Shown here: one piece after another, positions 19,560 through 28,714 of the stretch
Numbering within the stretch: position 1 is the first letter of the stretch
Layout of the letters: each line of letters starts with the position of its first letter
Assembly: GCA_963770895.1 (NCBI GenBank)
Contig: CAVYRF010000002.1
Span: forward strand, 1,184,001 to 1,248,000
Length of the DNA stretch: 64,000 bases
Reading direction: 5' to 3'
DNA from: an uncultured Acidobacteriota bacterium
GTDB lineage: Bacteria; Acidobacteriota; Thermoanaerobaculia; Multivoradales; UBA5704
Position numbers and translations under genes: made by a program
The notes under the pieces: generated by a model
What the model saw: only the letters and a program-made list of their open reading frames with translations
What the model was told of the DNA's origin: nothing
Databases searched by the model: none

Positions 19560-21113
19560 TTAGAATTTCACCAGCACCGCGAAATTGAGCCGGCTTTCCG
19601 CAGTGCGCAGGTCCGGCGCCCAGCCCGCCACGGCCGACCCCGGAGCACCCTGGTTGCCACCCGGCGGCGTGATGCCGCCCGCCCCCACGAAGTAGGGGAC
19701 GCTGGCCACCCGGCGATCGAACTCGGCGCGGAAGGTGATGAACTGCTTGGGCATGTAGTCGAAGGTCGCCGACGCGTCCCAGGCGCGGAACTGCTGGCCG
19801 GGGTTCTCGGTGAAATAGGGCGTGCCCGAGGCAGCGGTCGCGCCGTTGATCTCCGGCAGCAGCACCAGGTAGCGGCCGGGGTTGTTGATCTCGCCGCCGC
19901 CCACGGTGAAGGCGTAGATGTCGTTGTGGAACCACAGGCGGTGGTAGATCATGAAGCCGATGAAATACTGCGACGGCTTGGCGGGTGTGCCGCCGGTGCA
20001 GCTGACGCCGCCGCCGTTCTCGCAGCCGGCGTCGAAGGTCACCGAGAACGCCGCCTTGTCGACGAGCCCCGTCGGATGATCGAAGTACTTGACCTGGATG
20101 CTGTTGTCGCTGTGCACACGGGTGCGGTCGGCAATGCCCAGGGTGTCGCGCCCCTCGTACTCGTTGGACAGCAGCTCGAACGAATCGTTGGGCCGCCACA
20201 GCACCTGCCAGCCGACGCCCGGCATCGAATTGAACATGCCGTACGACTGCCAGCCGTTGATCAGCCACAGCTCGATCTTCAGCTTGTCGGTGGGAAACGT
20301 CTGCAGGCGCAGACCTTCGAAGAACCACGGCGTGTTGGCGGAGACGTACGAAGGCTGATAGGCCCAGTTGTCGAAGTTGTAGTAGCTGAACAGACCCACG
20401 TACGACATGAAGATGCCGGCATCCAGGTTGATGCCGTTCCAGGTGTGCCAGTGGTAGCCGCCGTAGGCTTCCGAGATGTAGCGGTAGGCGTCGGCCAGGT
20501 CGCCCTGGCCGCGTGCGGGGCTGGCGTCATCGCGCGGCGTCAGCGTCGAATACATGCCGAATTGGGTCATCAGGCGGCCGCGCACGTCGTCGTAATGGAA
20601 ATCGCCGCCGATGCCCAGCTGCTGCACCTGCAACTCCATCGCGCGGCCGGTTTCGGCGGAACCGTCGATCGTGTGGTCCTTGGGGTGGTTGTAGTCGTAG
20701 ACGTAGTTGGCATCCAGGCGAAACTCGCCGGTGAATACCTTCGTATCGAGGATCGAGTCTTTGTTGCGGGCGTTGCCCGTCAACCACGTGAAGTCGCCAA
20801 AGGCAAAAGGCTCCGGCTTCGTCGCGGGTGCGGCCGCGGGTGCGGCGGCGCCGGCGGCGCTGCCCGCGGCCGCGGTGCCGTTGGCGGCGCCGGCGCCGGC
20901 ACCGCCGCTCGCCGGGGTGGCGCTGCCGGTGCCGCTGGAAGCGGTGGCGCCGGAGCCGCCGGTGGCGGCGGCCGCGGGATTGTCGGTGGCCGGCGCGTTG
21001 GTTGCCGGCGGCGGCGCCTGGGCACGAAGCGCCACGGCGCCCGGCAGCAGAAGGGCGAGCAAAACACCGGCGCCGCGACGCAGGCAGAGTTGGTGCACGA
21101 AACGGATCGACAT
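19560..21113 (-). CDS. Outer-membrane beta-barrel / putative porin of the kind found with kdp loci
   Basis: Signal peptide, Ala-rich linker, aromatic beta-strand pattern (EPFAFGDFTWLTG, DAGIFMSYVGLFSYY), C-terminal Phe (AVLVKF); RBS AAGGAG before ATG 21113. Confidence 0.85.
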   Translation of the reverse strand: MSIRFVHQLCLRRGAGVLLALLLPGAVALRAQAPPPATNAPATDNPAAAATGGSGATASSGTGSATPASGGAGAGAANGTAAAGSAAGAAAPAAAPATKPEPFAFGDFTWLTGNARNKDSILDTKVFTGEFRLDANYVYDYNHPKDHTIDGSAETGRAMELQVQQLGIGGDFHYDDVRGRLMTQFGMYSTLTPRDDASPARGQGDLADAYRYISEAYGGYHWHTWNGINLDAGIFMSYVGLFSYYNFDNWAYQPSYVSANTPWFFEGLRLQTFPTDKLKIELWLINGWQSYGMFNSMPGVGWQVLWRPNDSFELLSNEYEGRDTLGIADRTRVHSDNSIQVKYFDHPTGLVDKAAFSVTFDAGCENGGGVSCTGGTPAKPSQYFIGFMIYHRLWFHNDIYAFTVGGGEINNPGRYLVLLPEINGATAASGTPYFTENPGQQFRAWDASATFDYMPKQFITFRAEFDRRVASVPYFVGAGGITPPGGNQGAPGSAVAGWAPDLRTAESRLNFAVLVKF

Positions 21114-21154
21114 GAACTGCTCCTTTCCCAATCGAAGCGTGCTCCGCCTGCCGG

Positions 21155-21170
21155 TGCAGACGGAGTGCCA
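21155..21170 (-). promoter_or_regulatory. Sigma-54 (-24/-12) promoter of the porin gene
   Basis: TGGCACTCCGTCTGCA, GG-N10-GC spacing, 42 nt upstream of the ATG. Confidence 0.85.
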
Positions 21171-21220
21171 CGCCGACAGGCCGCCAGGGCAGCGCTCCAC
21201 ATCCGCTCCAAATGCACCCG

Positions 21221-21245
21221 TAAGCCGCTTTAGATCAGGTACTTG
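21221..21245. promoter_or_regulatory. IHF-like site between activator sites and sigma-54 promoter
   Basis: TAAGCCGCTTTAGATCAGGTACTTG contains GATCAG-GTAC-TTG, one mismatch to WATCAR-N4-TTR. Confidence 0.5.
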
Positions 21246-21301
21246 CCGGAAACCAGCCAGCGTCGGCGGGCGGCATCGCCGGCGCCGCTCGCCCGGCCCG
21301 G

Positions 21302-21355
21302 CATTGCATAACGCAATGTCAGCAACCGCCGTTTTATTGCAGACTGCAAACTGCA
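21302..21355. promoter_or_regulatory. Paired palindromic upstream activator sites (TTGCA-N3-YGCAA)
   Basis: CATTGCATAACGCAATG (21302-21318) and TTGCAGACTGCAA (21337-21349, extended by a further TGCA), centres 33 bp apart. Confidence 0.75.
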
Positions 21356-21367
21356 GGGAGGCCCTGG

Positions 21368-22396
21368 ATGAGCGCAAGGACGACGGATCAAGCTGAAGGA
21401 AGCCACCTCGGGGACCCTCGCGGCAAACGGTCCGCCCGGCAGGCCGCGGCCTTGCGCCGCCTCGATCGCAGCGCACTGCTCGGCTTGTTGGCGGCGCTGG
21501 CGCTCACCCTGGCGCCGCTGCCGGTTGCCGGAGCGCCGGCAAGCGCAGACGCGCCAGGCGCCAATGCCACGCCGCTGGTCCTGAGCGAGGCCACCATCTT
21601 TCCCGCGCCCGATCAGGCGCCGATCCTGGGCGGCGACCTGGTGATCGCCGGCGGCAAGATCGTGGCGCTGGGCAAGCACGGCCAGGTGCCGCTGCCGGCC
21701 GGAGCGAAGACTTTGGATTGCAAGGGGCTCTCGGTGTTTGCCGGCTTCCAGAACAGCCATGTCCATTTGACCGAGCCAAGCTGGTGGGACGCCGACAAGC
21801 TGCCGCCGGCGACGCTCGCGGCGCACCTGCAAGCCATGCTCACCCGCTGGGGCTTCACCACGGTCGTGGACGCCGCATCCTTCCTGCCCAACCTGGCCGG
21901 CCTGGAGGTCGCCCTGGCCGCCCACGTCGACGTCCTGGCCCACGCCGTCGAAGACACCCGCGGCATGACCCCCGACCACCTCAAGCGCATGCGCGCCCAG
22001 GACATGGCCCTCATCCCCACCCTCAAGCTCTTCGCCGAAGACAGCCATCTCTACGAGATCCTGGACGAAGTGCGCGACTACCAGCGCGCGGGAGGGCAAC
22101 TCCTCTTCGGCACCGACGTCGGCTTTCTCGCCGACTACGACCCCACGACCGAATACACCCTGCTCGCCACCGCCGGCCTCAGCTGGCGCGAGATCCTGGC
22201 CACCCTCACCACCAGTCCAGCCGCCCGCTTCGGCGACTCCGCCCGCCGCGGCCGCATCGCCCCCGGCATGGACGCCGACCTGGCAGTCCTTGCCACCAGC
22301 CCCGTCTCCGACCCCCGCGCCTTCGCCAACATCCGCTACACCCTCCGCGCCGGAACCGTCATCTACCAGGCGCCGCCGGCTGGCAAGCAGCCTTAG
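21368..22396 (+). CDS. Amidohydrolase family protein, apparently with an internal in-frame deletion
   Basis: GFQNSHVH, GFTTVVD, VDVLAH, LLFGTDVG, RGRIAPGMDADL; the central barrel segment expected between TTVVD and VDVLAH is absent. Confidence 0.75.
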   Translation: MSARTTDQAEGSHLGDPRGKRSARQAAALRRLDRSALLGLLAALALTLAPLPVAGAPASADAPGANATPLVLSEATIFPAPDQAPILGGDLVIAGGKIVALGKHGQVPLPAGAKTLDCKGLSVFAGFQNSHVHLTEPSWWDADKLPPATLAAHLQAMLTRWGFTTVVDAASFLPNLAGLEVALAAHVDVLAHAVEDTRGMTPDHLKRMRAQDMALIPTLKLFAEDSHLYEILDEVRDYQRAGGQLLFGTDVGFLADYDPTTEYTLLATAGLSWREILATLTTSPAARFGDSARRGRIAPGMDADLAVLATSPVSDPRAFANIRYTLRAGTVIYQAPPAGKQP

Positions 22397-24372
22397 GGCA
22401 GGCGCCGGAGGGTAAAGACTCCCCCGCCGGCCGTAGCGGCATAGAGCAGCGACGGGCTCGCGGCGTCGAACGCGAGATCGGTCACGACAACGTTCGGGGG
22501 CAGGCCTTCCGTCAGGGAGCTCCAGGTGGCGCCGCCGTCGTCGCTCACCGCCAACTGCGGCTGCCCGGCCGTCGGACCCACGGCTGCGTAGAGGGTGTTC
22601 GGCGCGCGAGGATCGACCCGCACCATGCTGAGGCCGCCGGCGGTCAGCAGCGGCTCCCAGGTCGAGCCGCCGTCGCTGCTGCGCTCGAGGCCCCCGACGC
22701 TAGCGGCGTACACCACATCGGCGTTCAGCGGGTCGACCGCCAGGCCGTGCTCCGCATAGGTGGAGATCAGACTCTCCCCGGTCCAGCTGACACCGCCGTC
22801 GTCGCTGCGGAAGAAGGTCGGCCCGGCGGGAGCGTGGGCGAGGAGGGACCCAGAAGCGTAGACACGCGCGGGGTTCGAGGGCGCCAGCGCGATGCTCGCC
22901 ACGGCGACGATGGAGCCGACACCGCTGATCGTCCAGGTTGCTCCGGCGTCGGCGCTCACGCAGACGCCGAACGCTGAGGGGCCGAAAGCTCCCACCAAGA
23001 CCTGCCCCTGGGAACCGACGGCGAGCGGACCGCCGCACGCCGCGGGTGCGCTCGTCACCTGACGCCATGGCACGGCGGGTCCGGAACCACGCTGGTACAG
23101 GCCCGACGCGCCGCTCGGCGTTCCGGCCGACGCGTAGAGCTCTCCGGACGCGGCGTCGCTTGCGAGCTCGCTGATGCTCAACCCGGGCGCCAGTCCGCCG
23201 TTGAGCAGTGCCCACCGGAAGCCCCCGGTGCGGGTGCGGAAGATGCCGGCGTAGGGATCGGCGACGGTGAGCATGCCGCTGGTTTCCGCGTCCGCCACCA
23301 CGGCGGCGATGGACGTGGCGTTGGGCCCGGGACCGGAGACGGCCCAGCGCGCACCGCTCGAAGTGCTGCGGAAGATGCCCACGCCCTCCCGCGGGAGAGC
23401 GCCATCGAGGTACAAGCCGCTGCCGGCAAGGAGGAGCGAGAGCGGGCGCCCCGCCTGGGCCAGCGCGCCGATCGCTTGCCCGGCCGTTCCCGTGCCGCCG
23501 GGATTCCAGCCATGCCCGCCGTTGGCGGTGCGGAACACACCGGCATCCTGAGTGCCCGCCCAGACGGCGCCCGCGGGGTCGGCAAGGAGCGCCAGCACGC
23601 CGCGCGAAGCCAGTCCGCGCACCGCCGCATGCCAGGTGAGCCCCAGGTCGGAGCTCACGAAGAGCGCCGCCGGCAGCGGCTTGACGAACGTCGGGTCGAC
23701 AAAGGCGCCGGCGTACAGAACGCCCTCACTGTCGATCGCCAGCGAAGTGATGTAGCCGGCGAGACCGCTGCTCGTCCGTGCCCAGTGCGCGCCGCCGTCC
23801 AGGCTCCGATAGACGCCGCTTTCGGCGCCCGCCCAGAGCAGCCCCGGCTTGCGGGGATCGACGAGAAGCGCATGCACCGTCGCGGGTATGGGCTGGTCCT
23901 TCAGGAGGCCTTCGTTGATCTCCGTCCAGGTCGTCCCGCCGTCGTCGCTCCGCCAGGCGCCGGCGAAAGTCCCGGCGGCGAAGAGCGGCGGGTTCGGCCC
24001 TGCACCACCGGCCAGCGCGCTCACCGAGCCGGGGGAGCCCGCCAGCAGCCGAAACTGCAGGCCGTGATCGTCGCTGCGGTAGACACCCCTGCTGCCACCG
24101 ACGTAGACGACCGCGCCGGTCGTGACGACATTCTGCAGCTGAGCATCCAGCAAGCCGTCGTTGCTGGCCGTCCAGGAAGCGCCCCCATCCGTCGAGCGAA
24201 AGAAGCCGCCCATCGCCGTGGCGTACGCAACGTTCGCCACGCTGCCGTCAAACGCCAGGCCGGTGACGAAGCCACCCACAGGACCAATGGATATCCACGG
24301 GTTGCTCGCCGCCCCGACCCGCCCGGCGGCAAGGAGAAACACGATCGTTGCGCGGACGCAAATTCGAGACAT
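22393..24372 (-). CDS. Secreted BNR/Asp-box (VPS10/sortilin-like) beta-propeller protein
   Basis: RBS AGGAGGT, signal peptide, NPWISIGP, many S-x-D-G-G-x-S/T-W repeats. Confidence 0.85.
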   Translation of the reverse strand: MSRICVRATIVFLLAAGRVGAASNPWISIGPVGGFVTGLAFDGSVANVAYATAMGGFFRSTDGGASWTASNDGLLDAQLQNVVTTGAVVYVGGSRGVYRSDDHGLQFRLLAGSPGSVSALAGGAGPNPPLFAAGTFAGAWRSDDGGTTWTEINEGLLKDQPIPATVHALLVDPRKPGLLWAGAESGVYRSLDGGAHWARTSSGLAGYITSLAIDSEGVLYAGAFVDPTFVKPLPAALFVSSDLGLTWHAAVRGLASRGVLALLADPAGAVWAGTQDAGVFRTANGGHGWNPGGTGTAGQAIGALAQAGRPLSLLLAGSGLYLDGALPREGVGIFRSTSSGARWAVSGPGPNATSIAAVVADAETSGMLTVADPYAGIFRTRTGGFRWALLNGGLAPGLSISELASDAASGELYASAGTPSGASGLYQRGSGPAVPWRQVTSAPAACGGPLAVGSQGQVLVGAFGPSAFGVCVSADAGATWTISGVGSIVAVASIALAPSNPARVYASGSLLAHAPAGPTFFRSDDGGVSWTGESLISTYAEHGLAVDPLNADVVYAASVGGLERSSDGGSTWEPLLTAGGLSMVRVDPRAPNTLYAAVGPTAGQPQLAVSDDGGATWSSLTEGLPPNVVVTDLAFDAASPSLLYAATAGGGVFTLRRLP

Positions 24373-24494
24373 CGAGACACCTCCTGTTGAACACCTGCTC
24401 CCTTGTACGGCCGCAGCCGCCATTGCGTCGCCCACCGCCGCAGGTCCTACCCAACTCGCCGCCAGAACCTGCAATGCCGCAGGCGCCGCAACGC

Positions 24495-24965
24495 TCAAGG
24501 CCCGAAGGTGATCACGGCGAGCAGGATGACGATGGCGACGATCACCAGGTGCAGCGTGACGTGGAGCGTGTTCGGGCTGATGCCGTGACGCATGGGCAGG
24601 AAGGTGTGGGTGCGGCCGAACATCGTCTGGTAGCGTGCCGCGCGCACCGGGTCTGGGAGCAGCAGGTAGGGAATCCACCACGCCCGCAGCAGGCCGTAGA
24701 TCGCACTGCCGTAGGTGATCCATAGAAACCACAGCAGCCAGTGGGGCAGCGCCGGGCGACCTGCGTTGTGAACAGTGGCTATCAGGCCGATGGCGAAGGG
24801 CAGCGTGCTGAGCACGGTCACCAGGCCGAGCTTGCGGGTCGGGTCCGCCGATTGGACCGCCCGCACGTCGTTCAGCGACCCCAGGGGGATCCAGTCGTGC
24901 AGGGCGATGAACAGCACGACGAAGACTTGCAGTGCCACCAGCAGGTCAATCAGCGTGGACGCCAT
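24495..24965 (-). CDS. Hypothetical integral membrane protein (about 4 TM)
   Basis: RBS AGGAG; hydrophobic helices; LHDWIPLGSLND and PNTLH segments. Confidence 0.75.
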   Translation of the reverse strand: MASTLIDLLVALQVFVVLFIALHDWIPLGSLNDVRAVQSADPTRKLGLVTVLSTLPFAIGLIATVHNAGRPALPHWLLWFLWITYGSAIYGLLRAWWIPYLLLPDPVRAARYQTMFGRTHTFLPMRHGISPNTLHVTLHLVIVAIVILLAVITFGP

Positions 24966-25065
24966 TGCGGACTCCTGTCGGGCTTTTCCGGTTTACTGAC
25001 TCCCAGCATATCGCCGGCGCGGTCCCTCCCGGCCAGGGAATCCAGGCGGGGGTTGGGGCGCGGCC

Positions 25066-26229
25066 CTAATTGAGGAACATCGGCAGGTCGAGGACTTCGA
25101 CGATCTTGGGGCGGTAGGCGGCGCGATCGTAGAAGCGCTGGACGTCGACCTTTTTGACGCCGGTGCCGACGATGTTGATCGGCACGGTGGTGTAGCGGCC
25201 GCCGGCGATGGCGACCATGCGGCCGGTGTCGTGGGCCAGCACCAGGTCGGCGGCCAGGCTGGCGAAGTTGCTGGCGACCAGGCGGTCCAGGGCGTCCGGG
25301 GGGCCGGAGCGCATGAGGTAGCCGAGGCGCTGATAGATCACGCGCTCGCCGGTCGTGCGCTGCAGCTCGTGGCGGAGCAGGCGGCCGATGCCGCCCAGCT
25401 CGCGGTTGCCGATCGAATCGGCTTCGCCGCTTTCGACCGGCTGGCCGCCCACCGGGTAGGCGCCTTCGGAGATGGCGACGACCGCGTAGCTGCTGGGGTT
25501 GCGGCGCTTGTCGGCGGCGAGCAGCTCCACGACCGCGGCGCTGTCGAAGGGGACTTCGGCGATCAGGGCGCGGTCGGTGCCGGCCAGGTAGGAGGCGAGC
25601 AGGCAGGTTTCGCCCGAATAGCGGCCGAACAGCTCGACCACCAGGAAGCGCTCGTGCGAGCCGGCGGCGGTGCGCAGGTCGTGGATGAAGTTGACGGCGC
25701 GGGTGACGGCGGTCGAAAAGCCGATGCAGTATTCGGTGCCGAAGACGTCGTTGTCCATGGTCTTGGGCACGCCGATGGTGGGCACGCCCTCGTCGTGCAG
25801 GCGGCAGGCGAACGACAGGGTGCCGTCGCCGCCGATCGCCACCAGGGCGTCGATGCGCAGAAACTCGATCACTTCCAACGCCGCCTGGGTGAGGTCGCAG
25901 CGGCCCGCGCCGTCGGCCGGGGCGGCGCGGCCCTGCAGGTGGGCGGGGATGCTTTCGGGCTTCATCATCGCCGGGTTGATGCGCGAGGTGTGCAGCATGG
26001 TGCCGCCGCTGCGGTCGATGGTGCGCGTGCTGGCGCGGGTGAGCGGCACCAGCCATTCCGAGTTGTCGGCGGCGGCCAAGGGAACGATGTTGAGCAGGGC
26101 GGCAAAGCCGCGCCGCAGGCCGAGCACTTCGTAGCCCGCCTCTTCCATGCGGGCGACGAAGCCCTTGATTGCCATGTTCAGGCCGGGGACGTCGCCGCCG
26201 CCGGTGAGAATGCCGATTCGTCCGTGCAT
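25066..26229 (-). CDS. pfkA: 6-phosphofructokinase, PfkA family (probably ATP-dependent)
   Basis: IGILTGGGDVPGLN, GGTMLHTSR, IGGDGT, PKTMDND, VVELFGR, LGYLMRSG. Confidence 0.93.
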   Translation of the reverse strand: MHGRIGILTGGGDVPGLNMAIKGFVARMEEAGYEVLGLRRGFAALLNIVPLAAADNSEWLVPLTRASTRTIDRSGGTMLHTSRINPAMMKPESIPAHLQGRAAPADGAGRCDLTQAALEVIEFLRIDALVAIGGDGTLSFACRLHDEGVPTIGVPKTMDNDVFGTEYCIGFSTAVTRAVNFIHDLRTAAGSHERFLVVELFGRYSGETCLLASYLAGTDRALIAEVPFDSAAVVELLAADKRRNPSSYAVVAISEGAYPVGGQPVESGEADSIGNRELGGIGRLLRHELQRTTGERVIYQRLGYLMRSGPPDALDRLVASNFASLAADLVLAHDTGRMVAIAGGRYTTVPINIVGTGVKKVDVQRFYDRAAYRPKIVEVLDLPMFLN

Positions 26230-26341
26230 ATCCTCTGTTCTTGGTCCCAGCGACGGCCCCTTCCGGCGCGGCGGAGGCGCCAGCGGCGGCGGGCGCCGCG
26301 GGCCGCGGGGCAGCCGGCGGCGGGTTCCGGCGGACGCTGGC

Positions 26342-27343
26342 TCAGCCGGCGGCGGCGAGACGATCGATCAGGTCCACCACCCGGTTCGAGTAGCCCCACT
26401 CGTTGTCGTACCAGGCTACCACCCGCACCCAACCGTCGCCGGCGGCGTTGGTCGAAAGCGAGTCGAAGACCGACGAGTGGGGGTTGCCGATGATGTCGGT
26501 CGACACCAGCGACGCTGCACTGTATTCGACCACCCCGGCGAGCGGGCCGGCGGCGGCTTCCCGCACGGCGTCGTTGACGCCGGCCGCGTCGGGCCGCGCC
26601 CGCAACCGCGCCGCGAGATCGACGATCGAACCGTCGGACACCGGCACGCGCATCGCCATGCCGTCAAGCTTACCCTTGAGATGTGGCAATACCTTGCCAA
26701 CCGTGCGGGCCGCTCCGGTGGTGGTCGGGATGATGTTTTGCGCCGCGGCGCGGCTGCGCCGGAAGTCCTTGTGCGGCGCGTCGGCAAGGCGCTGGTCGTT
26801 GGTATAGGCGTGCACGGTGGTCATGAAGCCCTCTTCGAGACCGAAGCGGTCGTCGAGGATCTTGACCACCGGCGCCAGGCAGTTGGTGGTGCACGAGGCG
26901 TTGGAAACCAGCCGATGGGCGGGGCCCAGGATGCCGTCGTTGACGCCGATGACCACGGTCGCGTCCAGCTCGTCCTTGGCCGGCACGGTCAGGATGACCT
27001 TGCCGGCGCCGCCCTGCAGATGCTTGGCGATCTGCGCGCGGCTGGTGAAGACGCCGGTCGACTCGATCACGACGTCCACGCCCAGGTCGCCCCAGGGGAT
27101 GGCCGCCGGATCCCGCTCTTCCAGCATGGCGACCCGCTGGGCGCCGGCATACAGGGTGTGCTCGTCGCAGGTGACCTCCTGCTCGAACGGCCCCATCACC
27201 GTGTCGTACTTGAGCAGGTAGGCCAGCTGGCGGTTCTCGAACAGGTCGTTGATCGCCACGACCTGGTGGTCGGTGCGCGCCGCGACGATGCGGAACACGC
27301 TGCGGCCGATGCGGCCGAAGCCGTTGATGCCGATTCTGCTCAT
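26342..27343 (-). CDS. gap: Type I glyceraldehyde-3-phosphate dehydrogenase
   Basis: GINGFGRIGR, SNASCTTNCLAP, TTVHAYT, NIIPTTTGAA, MRVP, WYDNEWGYS. Confidence 0.97.
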   Translation of the reverse strand: MSRIGINGFGRIGRSVFRIVAARTDHQVVAINDLFENRQLAYLLKYDTVMGPFEQEVTCDEHTLYAGAQRVAMLEERDPAAIPWGDLGVDVVIESTGVFTSRAQIAKHLQGGAGKVILTVPAKDELDATVVIGVNDGILGPAHRLVSNASCTTNCLAPVVKILDDRFGLEEGFMTTVHAYTNDQRLADAPHKDFRRSRAAAQNIIPTTTGAARTVGKVLPHLKGKLDGMAMRVPVSDGSIVDLAARLRARPDAAGVNDAVREAAAGPLAGVVEYSAASLVSTDIIGNPHSSVFDSLSTNAAGDGWVRVVAWYDNEWGYSNRVVDLIDRLAAAG

Positions 27344-28497
27344 GGCGCGGGCTCCGTGACTTCGCCTCGATGGCGATTGGCGGGGGCGGGGGCGTTGGCG
27401 GCAGCGGCGGCGTCGTCGAGCTGGCGGCAGCGCACCACCAGGTCCAGCGCGCGCTGCGCGTACGCCCAGCTGTTGTCGAACCAGGTGAGGGTCTTGGACA
27501 CGCGCCCGCCCAGTACCATGGTGGCCTGGCTGTCGAAGATCCCCGAATGGGTGGCATGCTGGACGTCGGCCGAGACGATCGGCTCCTCCTCATACGCCAG
27601 GATGCCGGCAAGCCCCGCCGCCGCCTGGCGCACCGCGCGGTTGACGTCTTCGACGCTGACCGGCTGGGGGTGCCAGCAGACCAGGTCGAGCGCCGAGCCG
27701 TTGGCGACCGGCACGTTCATCGACGAGCCGCTCAGCTTGCCGCGCAGAGCCGGCAACAGCGCCATCACCACGTCGGCCGCCGCCGCCGGCAGCGGGATGA
27801 TGTTTTGTGCCGCCGCGCGCCCCCAGCGGGGGTCGGCCGCCGGGACGTCGGCGAGGTGCTGTTGATCGACGTAGGCGTGCACGGTGTTGAGGAACCCGCG
27901 CTCGATGCCGAACGCCTGGTGCAGGATCTTGACCACCGGCGCCGCGGCGTGGGCCGCGGGCGAGGCGTGGGAGACAATGCGATGCTCGGCGCGCAGCTGG
28001 GCGTCGTTGGCGCCGGCGACGACCATGACGTCGGGCGCCAGGTCGGCGATGAAGTCAGCCTGGTTGCCCGCGGCGCCGACCTGCTGGCCGCTATTGGCGG
28101 GGGTCGCCGGGGCGGCGGGCGCGGCGGGGGCGCACAGGATCACCCGCCTGGCGCCGGCCGCGAGGTGCCGCTCCAGGTCGGCGCGGCTGCGCGACCGGCC
28201 GGAGGTCTCGATCACCGTGTCGACACCCAGGTCGCCCCACGAGGCGTCCTGCGGCGTCCCCGCCAGCAGGCGCACCTGCCGGCCGCCGGCGTGCAGCATG
28301 TCGCCGTCGAGCGTGAGCGGCGCCGGGAAGCGCCCCAGGAGGGTGTCGAATCGCAGCAGGTAGGCCAGCGCGGCCCGGTCGGACGGGTCGCTGACCGCTT
28401 CCAGCCGCAGGTCGTCGCGGTCGTGCAGCAGGCGAAAGAGATTTCGCCCGATTCGTCCCAATCCCAACACGGCGACACGCGTGACGCGCCTGGTCAT
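27340..28497 (-). CDS. GAPDH paralogue lacking the catalytic cysteine (pseudoenzyme candidate)
   Basis: Full-length GAPDH alignment (GLGRIGRN, WGDLGVD, TVHAY, RAAAQNIIP, WFDN) but SHASPAAHAAAP replaces SNASCTTNCLAP; open frame; ATGA overlap with gap. Confidence 0.88.
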   Translation of the reverse strand: MTRRVTRVAVLGLGRIGRNLFRLLHDRDDLRLEAVSDPSDRAALAYLLRFDTLLGRFPAPLTLDGDMLHAGGRQVRLLAGTPQDASWGDLGVDTVIETSGRSRSRADLERHLAAGARRVILCAPAAPAAPATPANSGQQVGAAGNQADFIADLAPDVMVVAGANDAQLRAEHRIVSHASPAAHAAAPVVKILHQAFGIERGFLNTVHAYVDQQHLADVPAADPRWGRAAAQNIIPLPAAAADVVMALLPALRGKLSGSSMNVPVANGSALDLVCWHPQPVSVEDVNRAVRQAAAGLAGILAYEEEPIVSADVQHATHSGIFDSQATMVLGGRVSKTLTWFDNSWAYAQRALDLVVRCRQLDDAAAAANAPAPANRHRGEVTEPAP

Positions 28498-28714
28498 CCG
28501 CAGCCCCCTCTGGGGGATCGGTCGCGACCTGGGCCCCCGCCGGACCGCCCTGCGCGCCGCCCCTCCGCCTTCAGACCTTAACACGATCGTAACCGCCTGG
28601 GACCGCCGGACCCGGCTCGTCGAGCGGGGGCGGCGAGACTTCTGGACAACGCCCGATCCGCTTGACACCATCGCAGCGTCGGCGGCCCTGCCGCCGCCGA
28701 ACCGGAGGTGCCGT

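Noticed and set aside
25066-26229. PPi-dependent phosphofructokinase
   Set aside because: GGDG rather than GGDD/GGED at the donor-specificity position favours ATP, despite the PKT motif.
27340-28497. Erythrose-4-phosphate dehydrogenase (epd) or decayed pseudogene
   Set aside because: Epd keeps the catalytic Cys; there are no stops or frameshifts and coupling to gap is intact. Recent decay cannot be fully excluded.
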